Numbered from the stretch's first letter, positions 24,901 through 34,237 are shown. The stretch is DNA of 64,000 bases from Nitrospirota bacterium (GCA_963845245.1 CAWJRJ010000015.1:1-64000), one strand, 5' to 3'. Numbers and translations are program-made. Notes: generated from the sequence alone by a model not told the origin.

Positions 24901-27482
24901 TCACCGCGCCGACTGCTGGCGCGTTGTTAACCGTCAAGGGCACGACCATCACCGGTACAGCATACGATCGCACAGGCTCCGGCGTGCAGAACGTCGAAGT
25001 GGGCATCACACCCAGTGGCGGTTCTACCATTTGGTATTTGGCCACCGGCACCACAAGTTGGAGCTTCTCCTGGACCCTTCCCACCGAAGGGAGCAACTAC
25101 ACCATAACAACACGCGCCACGGACAACGCAGGCAACGTCGAGACTCCTGGCGCAGGGGTTTCCGTGACCATAGGCAGAAGCACTGTCTGGGACTGGGGCT
25201 GGAATAATTATGGCCAGCTTGGCGACCTCACTACTACCGACAGTTATACCCCTGTGCATGTCGTTGGCCTGAGTCACATCACTGCAATCGCGGGCGGATT
25301 TGAACACAGCACAGCCCTGAAGTCTGACGGTACTGTCTGGGCTTGGGGTAATAATGAAAAAGGAGGGCTTGGTGACGGCACTACTTCTCTGAGTACTACA
25401 CCTGTGCAGGCCATTGGCCTGACTGGAGTCACGGCGATAGCAGCCGGAGGATATCACGGCATAGCTCTGAAGTCTGACGGCACTGTCTGGTCCTGGGGTG
25501 ATAATGGCTACGGTCAGCTTGGCGACGGCACTACGATATCGAGAAGCACCCCGGTACAGGTCATCGGCCTGACGGGGGTCACGGCGATATCAGGTGGACA
25601 TTATCATAGCATAGCCCTGAAGTCTGACGGCACGGTTTGGGCCTGGGGTGAAAATGGTTTCGGAGAGCTTGGCGACGGTACCACGATATCGAGAAGCACC
25701 CCGGTGCAAGTCATCGGACTGACCGGAGTCACAAAAATTGCATGCGGGGCGTGGCACAACATAGCCGTGAAGTCTGACGGTACTGTCTGGGCATGGGGTT
25801 GGAATTATAATTGTCAGCTTGGCGACGGTACTACGATATCGAGAAGCACCCCGATACAGGTCATTGGCCTGACGGGAGTCACAAAAGTTGCGTGCGGGGC
25901 GTGGCACAACATAGCCATGAAGTCTGACGGCACTGTCTGGTCCTGGGGTGATAATGGCTATGGGGAGCTTGGCGACGGCACTACGACGTCGAGAAATGCT
26001 CCGATACAGGTCATTGGCCTTACGGGAGTCACAGAAATTGCGTGCGGGGCGTGGCACAGCATAACCCTGAAGAGTGACGGCACCGTCTGGGCCTGGGGTT
26101 ATAATAGTTTCGGAGAGCTTGGTGACGGTACAACGGCACAAAAAAATATACCTGTACAGGTCGTTGGTTTAAGCGGCGTCACCGCAATCGGAGGTGGAGG
26201 GCTACACACTATAGCCCTGCGTAGTTCTATCGATATTCCGCCACCCACGTCTGTTATCACATTCCCCACTAACGGGGCGAACCTTACTGTTGCTAACACC
26301 ACCATCACTGGCAAAGCATGGGATTCAGGTTTAGGAGTCAAATCTATAGAGGTTTCTACTAACGGCGGTAGTTCATGGGCTAATGCAAGCGGGACTACCT
26401 CATGGAGCTACAACTGGAATATTGGATCGGTTGGCTCGTACAATATAAAGAGCCGCGCGACGGACAACTCGGGCTATGTAGAGGTGCCAGGCGCTGGTAT
26501 AACAGTTAATGTTTCAGCTATGGGCAGATCTGAACTCCAACACTACAACTGGAACGCGGTATTATCCGGTGGTAACTGCAACGCTTGCCATACGACTGCG
26601 AGCACATTCCTTTCGCCCAGTTTCCGAAATGATAATTCATTCTGCTACTCCTGCCACAACCCGGCCGGGGTGTCGCACAATCAGGCCCTGTATGGCAAGA
26701 ACCATTCAGTCATGGTGAACGCTTCTTCTGGCGGCGCAAAGATTCCAATATACGGAAACATTACCACAGGCGAGTACAACAATCAGCCCTTCTCACGGTT
26801 GGACGCGGGTAAGGTCGTCTGCGTCACATGCCATAACCCGATGCAGAAGTCTGAGGACATGGGTAGGACGTGGGAGTACACGACAACCTTAGATCAGAAA
26901 ACATATACCATGCAGAACGGAGGCTGGGCGGGATACAAGAACCTAGTCCCAAAAGTATACAGGGACACAACCCTTTGGTCCGGGCCAACATACTCCAAGA
27001 TTAAAAAGAACTACCTGGTAGATCCTGCGGAATACAACTACAACGAGACTAATGGAACGGTTACGTTCCAAGTAGCACAGGCCCCGACTTCTTACATATA
27101 CGTCTCGCTTGATTATCAGTACCTGCGGGCTTCTAATGCGAACAACGCACTCTGCGCCGACTGCCACACGCAGATAACGCACAAAGGAGAGAACTGCCAG
27201 ACCTGTCATACAGCGCACAACACCGCTAACATAAAGGGCATATGGGAGTCATTGAGAGCTCCCAACCGTACATCGATAGCAGTGAAGTTCCTGCGGTATA
27301 CAGGATTTGGTTCCTTCGCTGACGGAGACGCAATTTATAACGGCATTTGTGAGGTCTGCCACGCGCAGACGAAGTATTACAGGAGAGACGGCTCAGGCTT
27401 TGTGAACCATTCTGGCGGCGTAAACTATGACAGGAAGGATTGCACTGCCTGTCACAGCCACTCGACCGGGTTTGCGAGATAA
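21969..27482 (+). CDS. Large exported mosaic protein: YVTN beta-propeller, Ig-like domains, second propeller, RCC1 repeats, C-terminal 7-CxxCH cytochrome domain
   Basis: GTRVYVTN..SNNVSVIDT repeats; SIALD...HISYYD...LKYAT repeats; DGTVWAWG.N..G.LGDG repeats; CNACH, CYSCH, CVTCH, CADCH, CQTCH, CEVCH, CTACH. Confidence 0.92.
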   Translation: MENFTTRFLAVVFVILLVGSGLVGNAARHMAVKLLVVLSIISFFVLGAATGALASRPYAYIPNSGDNNVSVIDASTNSVVTTVGVGSSPQGVAVNPTGTRVYVTNHNSNNVSVIDTSTDIVVATIGVGTNPVGVAVNPTGTRAYVANFGSGNISVIDTSTNSVITTISVGDCFGVAFNPAGTLAYVTTRGSNSVVIINTSTNSIVGTVGNIPPDPSGVAFNSSGTRAYVTINGWSQPTVSVIDTSTNSVIANVGAGVKSWGWVAVNPSDTRVYAANTGTNNAEVINTSTNTIITTIPVGSTPCGIAVTPDGTKVYVTSVDNNNVSVINTSTNTVVATIGVGLNPYAYGQFITNVPDKVPTFTGTPAISGTPKVGYTLSLTGTGTNDLDGDTVTLSYQWKSGDSNISGATSSTLLLASEQEGTTVTCVITANDGHSGTATATTAGVLVDSIPPVVNAGGNKSTNIQYTQTATATDVNTMTYSWSKVSGPGTITFGTPTALSTTVSASLDGAYVIGITAIDAAGNSASSSMTLTWDTTAPSSASTAPADGAYIKGTSAAIAGTASDNLSGVQKVEVGITPNGGTTTWHDASGWERTTVDSAGDVGGSNSMVIDSNNKTHISYYNATNGDLKYATNASGSWVTTTVVGTGNVGKGTNGTDGGLGTSIALDASGKVHISYYDNTDQALKYVTNTTGAWVVDTVDSGGYNNSLAIDGNNKAHISYSVNVSGVHTLKYATNAMGDWGTTTVDSHGGDWGTSIAVDSNNYAHISYYSYTAYTYNGHPVYATNASGVWVTTPVDNTGGEVGGQGSAIALDTNNNAHISYYGINGLIYATNSSGTWATTTVDSGVWANYANTSIALDATGKVYITYYNQPTQTLKYATNASGTWATTTVDNTGVIGSNTTIKLDSNNKTCISYYDTTNHDLKYATSSLLSAWTYFWTLPADGSYTITTRATDVATNVETPGTGVTVTVDNTPPSSTITAPTAGALLTVKGTTITGTAYDRTGSGVQNVEVGITPSGGSTIWYLATGTTSWSFSWTLPTEGSNYTITTRATDNAGNVETPGAGVSVTIGRSTVWDWGWNNYGQLGDLTTTDSYTPVHVVGLSHITAIAGGFEHSTALKSDGTVWAWGNNEKGGLGDGTTSLSTTPVQAIGLTGVTAIAAGGYHGIALKSDGTVWSWGDNGYGQLGDGTTISRSTPVQVIGLTGVTAISGGHYHSIALKSDGTVWAWGENGFGELGDGTTISRSTPVQVIGLTGVTKIACGAWHNIAVKSDGTVWAWGWNYNCQLGDGTTISRSTPIQVIGLTGVTKVACGAWHNIAMKSDGTVWSWGDNGYGELGDGTTTSRNAPIQVIGLTGVTEIACGAWHSITLKSDGTVWAWGYNSFGELGDGTTAQKNIPVQVVGLSGVTAIGGGGLHTIALRSSIDIPPPTSVITFPTNGANLTVANTTITGKAWDSGLGVKSIEVSTNGGSSWANASGTTSWSYNWNIGSVGSYNIKSRATDNSGYVEVPGAGITVNVSAMGRSELQHYNWNAVLSGGNCNACHTTASTFLSPSFRNDNSFCYSCHNPAGVSHNQALYGKNHSVMVNASSGGAKIPIYGNITTGEYNNQPFSRLDAGKVVCVTCHNPMQKSEDMGRTWEYTTTLDQKTYTMQNGGWAGYKNLVPKVYRDTTLWSGPTYSKIKKNYLVDPAEYNYNETNGTVTFQVAQAPTSYIYVSLDYQYLRASNANNALCADCHTQITHKGENCQTCHTAHNTANIKGIWESLRAPNRTSIAVKFLRYTGFGSFADGDAIYNGICEVCHAQTKYYRRDGSGFVNHSGGVNYDRKDCTACHSHSTGFAR
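25180..26225 (+). repeat. Seven 150-bp coding tandem repeats (RCC1 blades)
   Basis: AAGTCTGACGGNACNGTNTGG-like motif recurs near 25321, 25471, 25621, 25771, 25921 and 26071. Confidence 0.92.
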
Positions 27483-27933
27483 TTAAATAGCTTCATTAAC
27501 ACTTTGTTAAAAGGAAAGCTTGGGATGAATGGTTTTTTTTATTCTGGTAAGTTTGTTGAATTGGGACGTATGGGCCGCAAAAAACTTGATTGGCCGGGTT
27601 GCCACAAGTCCCGTGAGATGACCGAGGAATTGTGCCTGGAATCAATGAATGTTCTGGCTGAATGCTCTTTATGCAATGTAAGAAGGAGAGAACTTGCACG
27701 CATATATAGGGCTCGGGCTAGAGCCAGGGCCAGGAAAACCGGTGAGGTTGATTTAAAAGCATAGTATCGGCACCTCTTGGGCCAATACGTACAGTGAAAC
27801 GTACACTAGAGAATAAAATTCTTACTAGTCTACACAATGGAACAATGGGTGAGTGAGTTTCCTTATCGTTGATTTACAAATAGAAACAAAGAGACACAAT
27901 GGAACTCAATTAATCCAAGAGCTTGGCATTGCT

Positions 27934-28011
27934 CTGGCAGTCAAGAGGTCAGGGGTTCGATCCCCCTCAGCTCCACCAAAAGTTCACTGCTAAATCAAGC
28001 AGTTAAAATCA
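27934..28011 (+). repeat. attR-like copy of the tRNA-Ala 3' half plus downstream sequence
   Basis: CTGGCAGTCAAGAGGTCAGGGGTTCGATCCCCCTCAGCTCCACCA followed by AAAGTTCACTGCTAAATCAAGCAGTTA, as after the tRNA. Confidence 0.93.
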
Positions 28012-28391
28012 CGAGATAGGCGGCTTTCCCCAGACTTTCCCCAAAGGTCTCTGCGGTGGCCGCCTTTCTTGTTTTATGCCGCTACGCAAAGTCTTCACCG
28101 AAGTACCCCCGGATTTTATCGTTGTCGGTCTCCACGCCTGGTATGTAGCTTCCGTAGACTTCGAAAACCATCTGTTTGGAGCCGTTCCCCACCCTTAATA
28201 CCAGCCTGTTTGGTCAAAACTACGGGCCAAGTCCGTAGGTCTAACTGCAGAATTTTGAGCATTAACACTCAGGAAAGGCTATCTTTTGAGCGTAAATAAT
28301 ACGCTTGAGCAGGTCGTATACATGACAAGGTTTATTAGATTTACCCTATAAGATGTTGTTATTTTTAAGGTAAGGTGTTTACTGTATGGCA

Positions 28392-28407
28392 TGGTACAAT
28401 ATTTGCA
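28392..28407 (+). promoter_or_regulatory. Sigma54 -24/-12 promoter candidate
   Basis: TGGTACAATATTTGCA (GG-N10-GC), ~165 nt upstream of the 1875-aa gene. Confidence 0.65.
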
Positions 28408-28571
28408 TGAAAAAATAGGTATAAGGCTGTATTCTAATCAAAACTTTAACTATTCTTTACAGGGGGCTTGACGCCTTTCTCAAAAATCGGTAGTGCATCA
28501 CAGGAGAAGGGCATTATACATATAGGACTACGAAATACCTCCCGATAGCCCGCTAATTAGCAGGTGGCTTA

Positions 28572-31500
28572 ATGAGCAGGAAAGCCATAATAGCAAGCGG
28601 CATTATAGCGTTGTTGCTGGCAGGCAACACGGTTTGGGCGGTAACGGTAAACTCGGTCCATACAAACTACAGACCGGGTTACACATCAGGGTGCAGCACC
28701 AGCACTGCATGTCATACGATATTTCAGGGTAGCTTCCTTCCAGCACAACTCGGCACTTACTCCAATAGAGCGGACTATACGGCTTTCTGCCTTTCATGCC
28801 ACAACCCGTCGGGCGAGGCTCATGAAAAGTCAGCCGGGTCCCCTTCCTCGATAGGCTACAAAAACCTTACCGGTTTCAGGATCAATACAAGCTACAGAGG
28901 GGTATCCCATAGCTGGACCGGCAAGATCGGCAACGCCGGCACCCGCACCCCGACGGCTACGGGTTTCGGAGGCACGACCTACATGCCGGACCAGAAGGTA
29001 GTCTGCCAGACCTGCCACGGCGCCATGGGGAAAACGACGGTCGACAACGTCCCCCTCGCGTCATCAAGCCGTCCGGTGGTCGACACTACAACAGATGCCG
29101 ACAGGAGGAAGTACCGGCTGTTCGGCAACTATGCGCCTACCGGGCAGTACCTCAACCAGTACACCAAAGTTTACAGGGACAACGGCTACTGGCAGAATGT
29201 GGAAGAGCCGCGCAAGAGAAAACAGTACCTGGTGAACCCGTCCGAGTATGTCTACAACAACCTCAGCGGGACGGTAACATTCAATGTAGCACAGCCCTCC
29301 TCGGCCTATATCTATGTTGAGATACCGGAGCCGTACCTGCGTGTCGGGAATTCCGCCAACCAGGTATGCGTTGACTGCCACAACGATCGAAGCGGAGGCA
29401 TGGTCAACCACCCCGGTGATATCCTGAAAAGATCCCAGCACCCGGTAGGCGTCCCGTTCGGGCACGTCAACGGTACTGGCGAGACACTCCGCAACATCAC
29501 AACAATAAAGCTGTATATGGAAGATGGGAAAGTGCTGTGCACCTCCTGCCATGACCCGCATAATGCAAAAAGCAACGACGGTAAACTGCTTCGCGAGCCG
29601 GAATCAGCGCTGCTGTGCCTTGACTGCCACGACAGCTCGAAAGTAAGCCTGCATAAAGGTAAAAAACATCCCAGATACCTGAACACAACAAGCGTAAAGG
29701 CGACGGTATGCACCGACTGCCACGGCCCGCATAATTCCGGGAACCTGTACCTTGTCAGGGACAAGGTGAATACGCCGTCGCGGGGTGTCAGGGAGGCCGA
29801 CTTCAAAAGTTTTACCGGGGCGGAGAGCTTCGGCGCAGACAGCGGCAACTCGATCTGCGAGGTCTGCCATACCGCCACGGACTACCACAGGGCGGACGGC
29901 TCCGTAAAGGGCCACAACCCGGGCAAGAAATGCATTACATGTCATCTGCACAAAAAGGGCTTCAGCCCGAGCGGTGGGACCGCCCCGTGTTATGGTTGCC
30001 ATGCGCCGGCCAAGGGCTCAAAGGACATCAAGAGCCTGATGGGCCTTGGAACGAGCTTTGCCGAAGGCGGGAAGACGTCGAGACATAAAATCATGTACGA
30101 CAACATAAGCGGCAGCAGCTGCCTTTCGTTGTGCCACGTCAGCGGACATAACACCGGTTCTCCCAACCTCAAGGTGGATAACGAACTGTCGCTCTGCAGC
30201 GGTTGCCACCTCAACGGCCCCGGACTCACAAGCTCAGGCAGGAGCATAAACGCTATCAATTACTATGCCGGATCGCAACACAACTACTCTGCGACTGTGC
30301 CGGACGAGTTCGGTTCATTCAGTTATACAGGAAACTGCACAAAGTGCCACCTGCCTCACGGCTCTGACAGCTACCCCAACCTAAGGCAGAGCATAAACGG
30401 CAAACCGACCGGCGGCAACACCGAGGAGCTCTGTTTCGGCTGCCATGACGGCACGAACGTGAAGGCCGCGGACATAAAGACGCCCTGGAAGGGAAACCCT
30501 GCCAACCACGGCCATTTCGACTATGCAAACAACACGCAGATGGCATGCGTGAAATGCCACGGCCCGCATGGTACACAAAACGACAAGATGATGCAGGACA
30601 GCCTTGGTGGGCCGTCACAAGGCCAGCCGATGCTCGCCAGAGACGGGATATGCCGTACCTGCCACAGCGGAAACGGCGGAAGCGTGTACAACGTGATGGG
30701 CACCGAGCCCGGCTCGTACGGCCCGGACTTCAGCGCAAGGTCGGTGCACGACTTCGGCCTGGACGTGGCAATGGGAGGACGCACGGTGGACCTCACCTGC
30801 GCCGGATGCCACGACCCGCACAACACGCTAAATGCAAGGCTTATACGCGACAGGATAGTCTTCAACGGTGTTACAGGGGGAGTGCGTTCGGTGCAGGTAA
30901 GGGTGGCCGCAAACATTCAGCAGGGGGACGGTATCAAGGAATATATAAGCGGCTGGAAAGACTACTGTGTCACATGCCATACCTCGATGGAAATCACGGG
31001 CGGCCAGTCTCCCTACAGGCGTCATCCGGTAGGTATCCCTCCGGGAGTTTTCTATCCGCACACCTCAGGGCTTGGCATGAAGAAGCTGCCTATGGAGTCG
31101 GGTAATATTACATGCGTAAGCTGCCACTACACCCACGGCTCGCCCAAACCATCGCTTCTCAGGTTTGAATCGGCCGATACCCCCGAGAACATGATGTGCC
31201 TGCAGTGTCACGACAAAGACAAGTTCCTGGAGGGCGGCGCGGGTTCGCACGGCGGGTTCATGCAGAACCAGGGCCGGTGTGCCGATTGCCACGATATGCA
31301 TTCCAAGGCGAACAGGATGCTACTGACGGACGCGACCGAAAGCGTGCTCTGCCTGAAATGCCACGGCGGCGGGAGCCTTTCGAAATACAACGTGTGGAGA
31401 GATATAACGACCACGAGGGACGCCTCGGCGCTTAAGGGTACGGGAGGTACTTTCGGGACGTATTCGGAACTCAGGGGCGGCACGTCCCACAGCCTGCACT

Positions 31501-34199
31501 CCGTCAACGACGAAGCGAACCCGGCTCCCGGCGGCATTACGACAAAGCACCGCTGCGGCACCTGCCACAACCCGCATGGGAGCAAAAACTACAGGGTGCT
31601 CCGTACGGCCGTGAACAACATAACCGGCATCTACGTGACGGCCAGGACTGACGTAGACGGGAACTTTGTAAACTACTCGACAGGGCTGGTCAAATTCTGC
31701 TCTGCATGCCATACGGACTACAGGACGACGGACGACGGGAACGGGAACTGGATAAGACACCCTGTAGGCATAAGGCTTACCGACTATCCAGCGGAGTACT
31801 ACAACTTCTGGACGAACACCAGCTACACGCCGAAGGTTGAGCTAGAGACAAACGAGACCATCTCCTGCGTGAGCTGCCATTTCGCGCACGGCTCGGCGGA
31901 ACCGGCAAACCTGAAGTTCCCGGGCGGCAGGTCGGTCAACGCGTGCAAGACATGTCACAACAAGGGCACGTTTGATGCAGGGACGCCCGGCTCGCATGCG
32001 GGTTTTGCCGGTAACGACGGCACGTGCTCAGACTGCCACAGCATGCACGCCGAAGGAAACGCAAAGCTCCTAAAGGCGGACGCGGAGACGGCTATTTGCG
32101 TCAGTTGCCACGACAACCCCGGCACCAGCACCAACAAGAACGCAAGCCATCTGGACGTCTGGAAGGGCAACGTCTTTGGTTCTCCCACATCATGGTTTGG
32201 CACCGCGGGTTCGTTCGGCTCATACGACCCGGTAAACGGCGGCAACGCGCCTTCGATGCACCCGGTAAACAGCGACGCGAGGATAGCGCCTGGCGATTCG
32301 GCAACGGTAGTCCACTGCGGCACATGCCATGACGGCCACGGCAGCACCAACTACCGCCTGCTCAAGACCACCCTTAACGGCAAGGCGAACATAGTGGTTT
32401 CAGCCAACGTGGACGCGAACGGTCATACGGTATCTTATAACGGCGGGATGTCCGGATTATGCACCGCATGCCACAAGTCGTATATTAACTGCGGGAGCGC
32501 CGCCGGATACACCCGCCACCCGGTGGATGTGGCGCTCACGGCGCAGGAGATGGCCAACTACGCACACGCGCAGGGGCAGAAATACCTGCCTCTTGAGGCG
32601 GGGAACAGGATCACCTGCACCACCTGCCACTTCGCGCACGGCTCGCCGTATCCGAATATGCTGAGGCTGCCTGGCAACCAGACCTGCCAGACCTGCCACG
32701 CCAAGGGCCTGGACAGCGCAAACGGCTACAGGGACGTCCAATATACGCACGGCGGTTTCAACGGGAATGGCGGCAACTGCTCGGTCTGCCACAGCATGCA
32801 TACCGCCAACCACAGGAAGCTGCTTCTGGCTGCGGAAGAATCAGAACTCTGTTACGGCTGCCATGCCCCGGATGGGAGTATGAGGTCTGACCACCAGACC
32901 GCCCAGCTGGTGTGGGCAGGGGACAAGCCGGCAACCCCTGACGGCTGGGACGGGACGGGCGGCTCGTTCGGCGCATTTTATAACAGCACCACGGGCGGTT
33001 CATCAAAAAGCCACCACGACATAAACAAGACCGACTCCCAGGCGCCTGGCGGGACTACTACGGAACACCGCTGCGGCACATGCCACAACCCACACGGGAA
33101 CAACAACTACAGGATATTAAGGGACGACGTGAACGGCAGGAGCGGAATAATAGTAAGAGCCGGGGCCATGGGCAATTACTCAAGCGGCATGACCGCGTTC
33201 TGCACGGCCTGCCATTCGGTTTATTCTCAGACCGGCTCCGGCGTAGACGGCTACCGCCGCCACCCGGTCGGACTTACCTTGACAAAGCAGGAGCAGTCGA
33301 ACCTCTCCAGCTTCGAGGGCGCGCCCAGGGCGCAGGTGGAGTCGGCGAAGGTGATGTGCCTGTCATGCCACTTTGCTCACGGCTCGGCCAGCTATGCCAT
33401 GCTCCGTATGCCGAATTTCACGTCGAGTGAAAGCGCGCTTTGCCAGCAATGTCACAAGAAGGGTTACAACGCCTCCGGCATCCAGTATAAGAACACGCAC
33501 GGAGGTTTCAACGGGAATAACGCGAACTGCGGTGTATGCCACAGCGTCCATGCAAAGAACAACAAGAAGCTGCTTATGGAGGCGAAGGAATCACAGCTGT
33601 GTGACAACTGCCATTCCGGTATCAAGAATTTCACGGAGTTCAAGTCGAATGACCCGGAAGTGAAGATAAATGCGCCCAGCCGCTTCAACGTATTTTCCTC
33701 GATAGGCAACTCCTTCGGCAACTATTCCGTCGGTGGCGGCGACGTGCAGTCATGGCACGAGGTTGACGGCACGCATACGGCGCCTGGCGGCAAGACGCTG
33801 GAACTGCGGTGCGGCAAGTGTCACAACACCCACGGCGGCGACAACTTCGCGATGCTCAGGGAGACCATAGAGAACGTAACCGGGATTCGGGTGTTCGGCC
33901 ACTTAAGCTCGACCGGTCCGAACAATACTTATACGTCCGGCTTCGGGAAGTTCTGCTCCTCTTGCCATACAAAGCTGAACAGGTGCGGAGGCAATCCGTG
34001 GACGAGGCATCCTGTCGATTTCAGGCTCACGGACAGGGAGTACCGGAACTGGTCAGGCTCGGCGTTGACGCCGAGGGTGCCGCTGGAGGAGGGTGACATG
34101 GTCACCTGTATCACATGCCACTCAAGCCATGGTTCGAAGAACTATTCGCTGCAGAGGCAGGGCGGTAACAGGATGTGCCAGCAGTGCCATAAAAGATAG
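28572..34199 (+). CDS. Giant secreted multiheme cytochrome c (~42 CxxCH plus CX5CH and CX3CH variants)
   Basis: Sec signal peptide ending VWA; motifs counted by hand; many CxxCHxxH (CHxPHG) doubled-motif units. Confidence 0.95.
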   Translation: MSRKAIIASGIIALLLAGNTVWAVTVNSVHTNYRPGYTSGCSTSTACHTIFQGSFLPAQLGTYSNRADYTAFCLSCHNPSGEAHEKSAGSPSSIGYKNLTGFRINTSYRGVSHSWTGKIGNAGTRTPTATGFGGTTYMPDQKVVCQTCHGAMGKTTVDNVPLASSSRPVVDTTTDADRRKYRLFGNYAPTGQYLNQYTKVYRDNGYWQNVEEPRKRKQYLVNPSEYVYNNLSGTVTFNVAQPSSAYIYVEIPEPYLRVGNSANQVCVDCHNDRSGGMVNHPGDILKRSQHPVGVPFGHVNGTGETLRNITTIKLYMEDGKVLCTSCHDPHNAKSNDGKLLREPESALLCLDCHDSSKVSLHKGKKHPRYLNTTSVKATVCTDCHGPHNSGNLYLVRDKVNTPSRGVREADFKSFTGAESFGADSGNSICEVCHTATDYHRADGSVKGHNPGKKCITCHLHKKGFSPSGGTAPCYGCHAPAKGSKDIKSLMGLGTSFAEGGKTSRHKIMYDNISGSSCLSLCHVSGHNTGSPNLKVDNELSLCSGCHLNGPGLTSSGRSINAINYYAGSQHNYSATVPDEFGSFSYTGNCTKCHLPHGSDSYPNLRQSINGKPTGGNTEELCFGCHDGTNVKAADIKTPWKGNPANHGHFDYANNTQMACVKCHGPHGTQNDKMMQDSLGGPSQGQPMLARDGICRTCHSGNGGSVYNVMGTEPGSYGPDFSARSVHDFGLDVAMGGRTVDLTCAGCHDPHNTLNARLIRDRIVFNGVTGGVRSVQVRVAANIQQGDGIKEYISGWKDYCVTCHTSMEITGGQSPYRRHPVGIPPGVFYPHTSGLGMKKLPMESGNITCVSCHYTHGSPKPSLLRFESADTPENMMCLQCHDKDKFLEGGAGSHGGFMQNQGRCADCHDMHSKANRMLLTDATESVLCLKCHGGGSLSKYNVWRDITTTRDASALKGTGGTFGTYSELRGGTSHSLHSVNDEANPAPGGITTKHRCGTCHNPHGSKNYRVLRTAVNNITGIYVTARTDVDGNFVNYSTGLVKFCSACHTDYRTTDDGNGNWIRHPVGIRLTDYPAEYYNFWTNTSYTPKVELETNETISCVSCHFAHGSAEPANLKFPGGRSVNACKTCHNKGTFDAGTPGSHAGFAGNDGTCSDCHSMHAEGNAKLLKADAETAICVSCHDNPGTSTNKNASHLDVWKGNVFGSPTSWFGTAGSFGSYDPVNGGNAPSMHPVNSDARIAPGDSATVVHCGTCHDGHGSTNYRLLKTTLNGKANIVVSANVDANGHTVSYNGGMSGLCTACHKSYINCGSAAGYTRHPVDVALTAQEMANYAHAQGQKYLPLEAGNRITCTTCHFAHGSPYPNMLRLPGNQTCQTCHAKGLDSANGYRDVQYTHGGFNGNGGNCSVCHSMHTANHRKLLLAAEESELCYGCHAPDGSMRSDHQTAQLVWAGDKPATPDGWDGTGGSFGAFYNSTTGGSSKSHHDINKTDSQAPGGTTTEHRCGTCHNPHGNNNYRILRDDVNGRSGIIVRAGAMGNYSSGMTAFCTACHSVYSQTGSGVDGYRRHPVGLTLTKQEQSNLSSFEGAPRAQVESAKVMCLSCHFAHGSASYAMLRMPNFTSSESALCQQCHKKGYNASGIQYKNTHGGFNGNNANCGVCHSVHAKNNKKLLMEAKESQLCDNCHSGIKNFTEFKSNDPEVKINAPSRFNVFSSIGNSFGNYSVGGGDVQSWHEVDGTHTAPGGKTLELRCGKCHNTHGGDNFAMLRETIENVTGIRVFGHLSSTGPNNTYTSGFGKFCSSCHTKLNRCGGNPWTRHPVDFRLTDREYRNWSGSALTPRVPLEEGDMVTCITCHSSHGSKNYSLQRQGGNRMCQQCHKR

Positions 34200-34237
34200 A
34201 GAGCATCATATGTTTTGGCCCTCATGAGGAAGTTCCT

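Larger units (their letters stand above)
17017..28011. mobile_element. tRNA-Ala-integrated genomic islet (~11 kb), no integrase inside
   Basis: ~78-bp direct repeat (tRNA 3' half from the anticodon loop plus ~33 nt downstream) at 17017-17093 and 27934-28011. Confidence 0.8.

Noticed and set aside
27504..27764. 86-aa ORF as an integrase or excisionase remnant
   Set aside because: No recognisable motif and a weak start.
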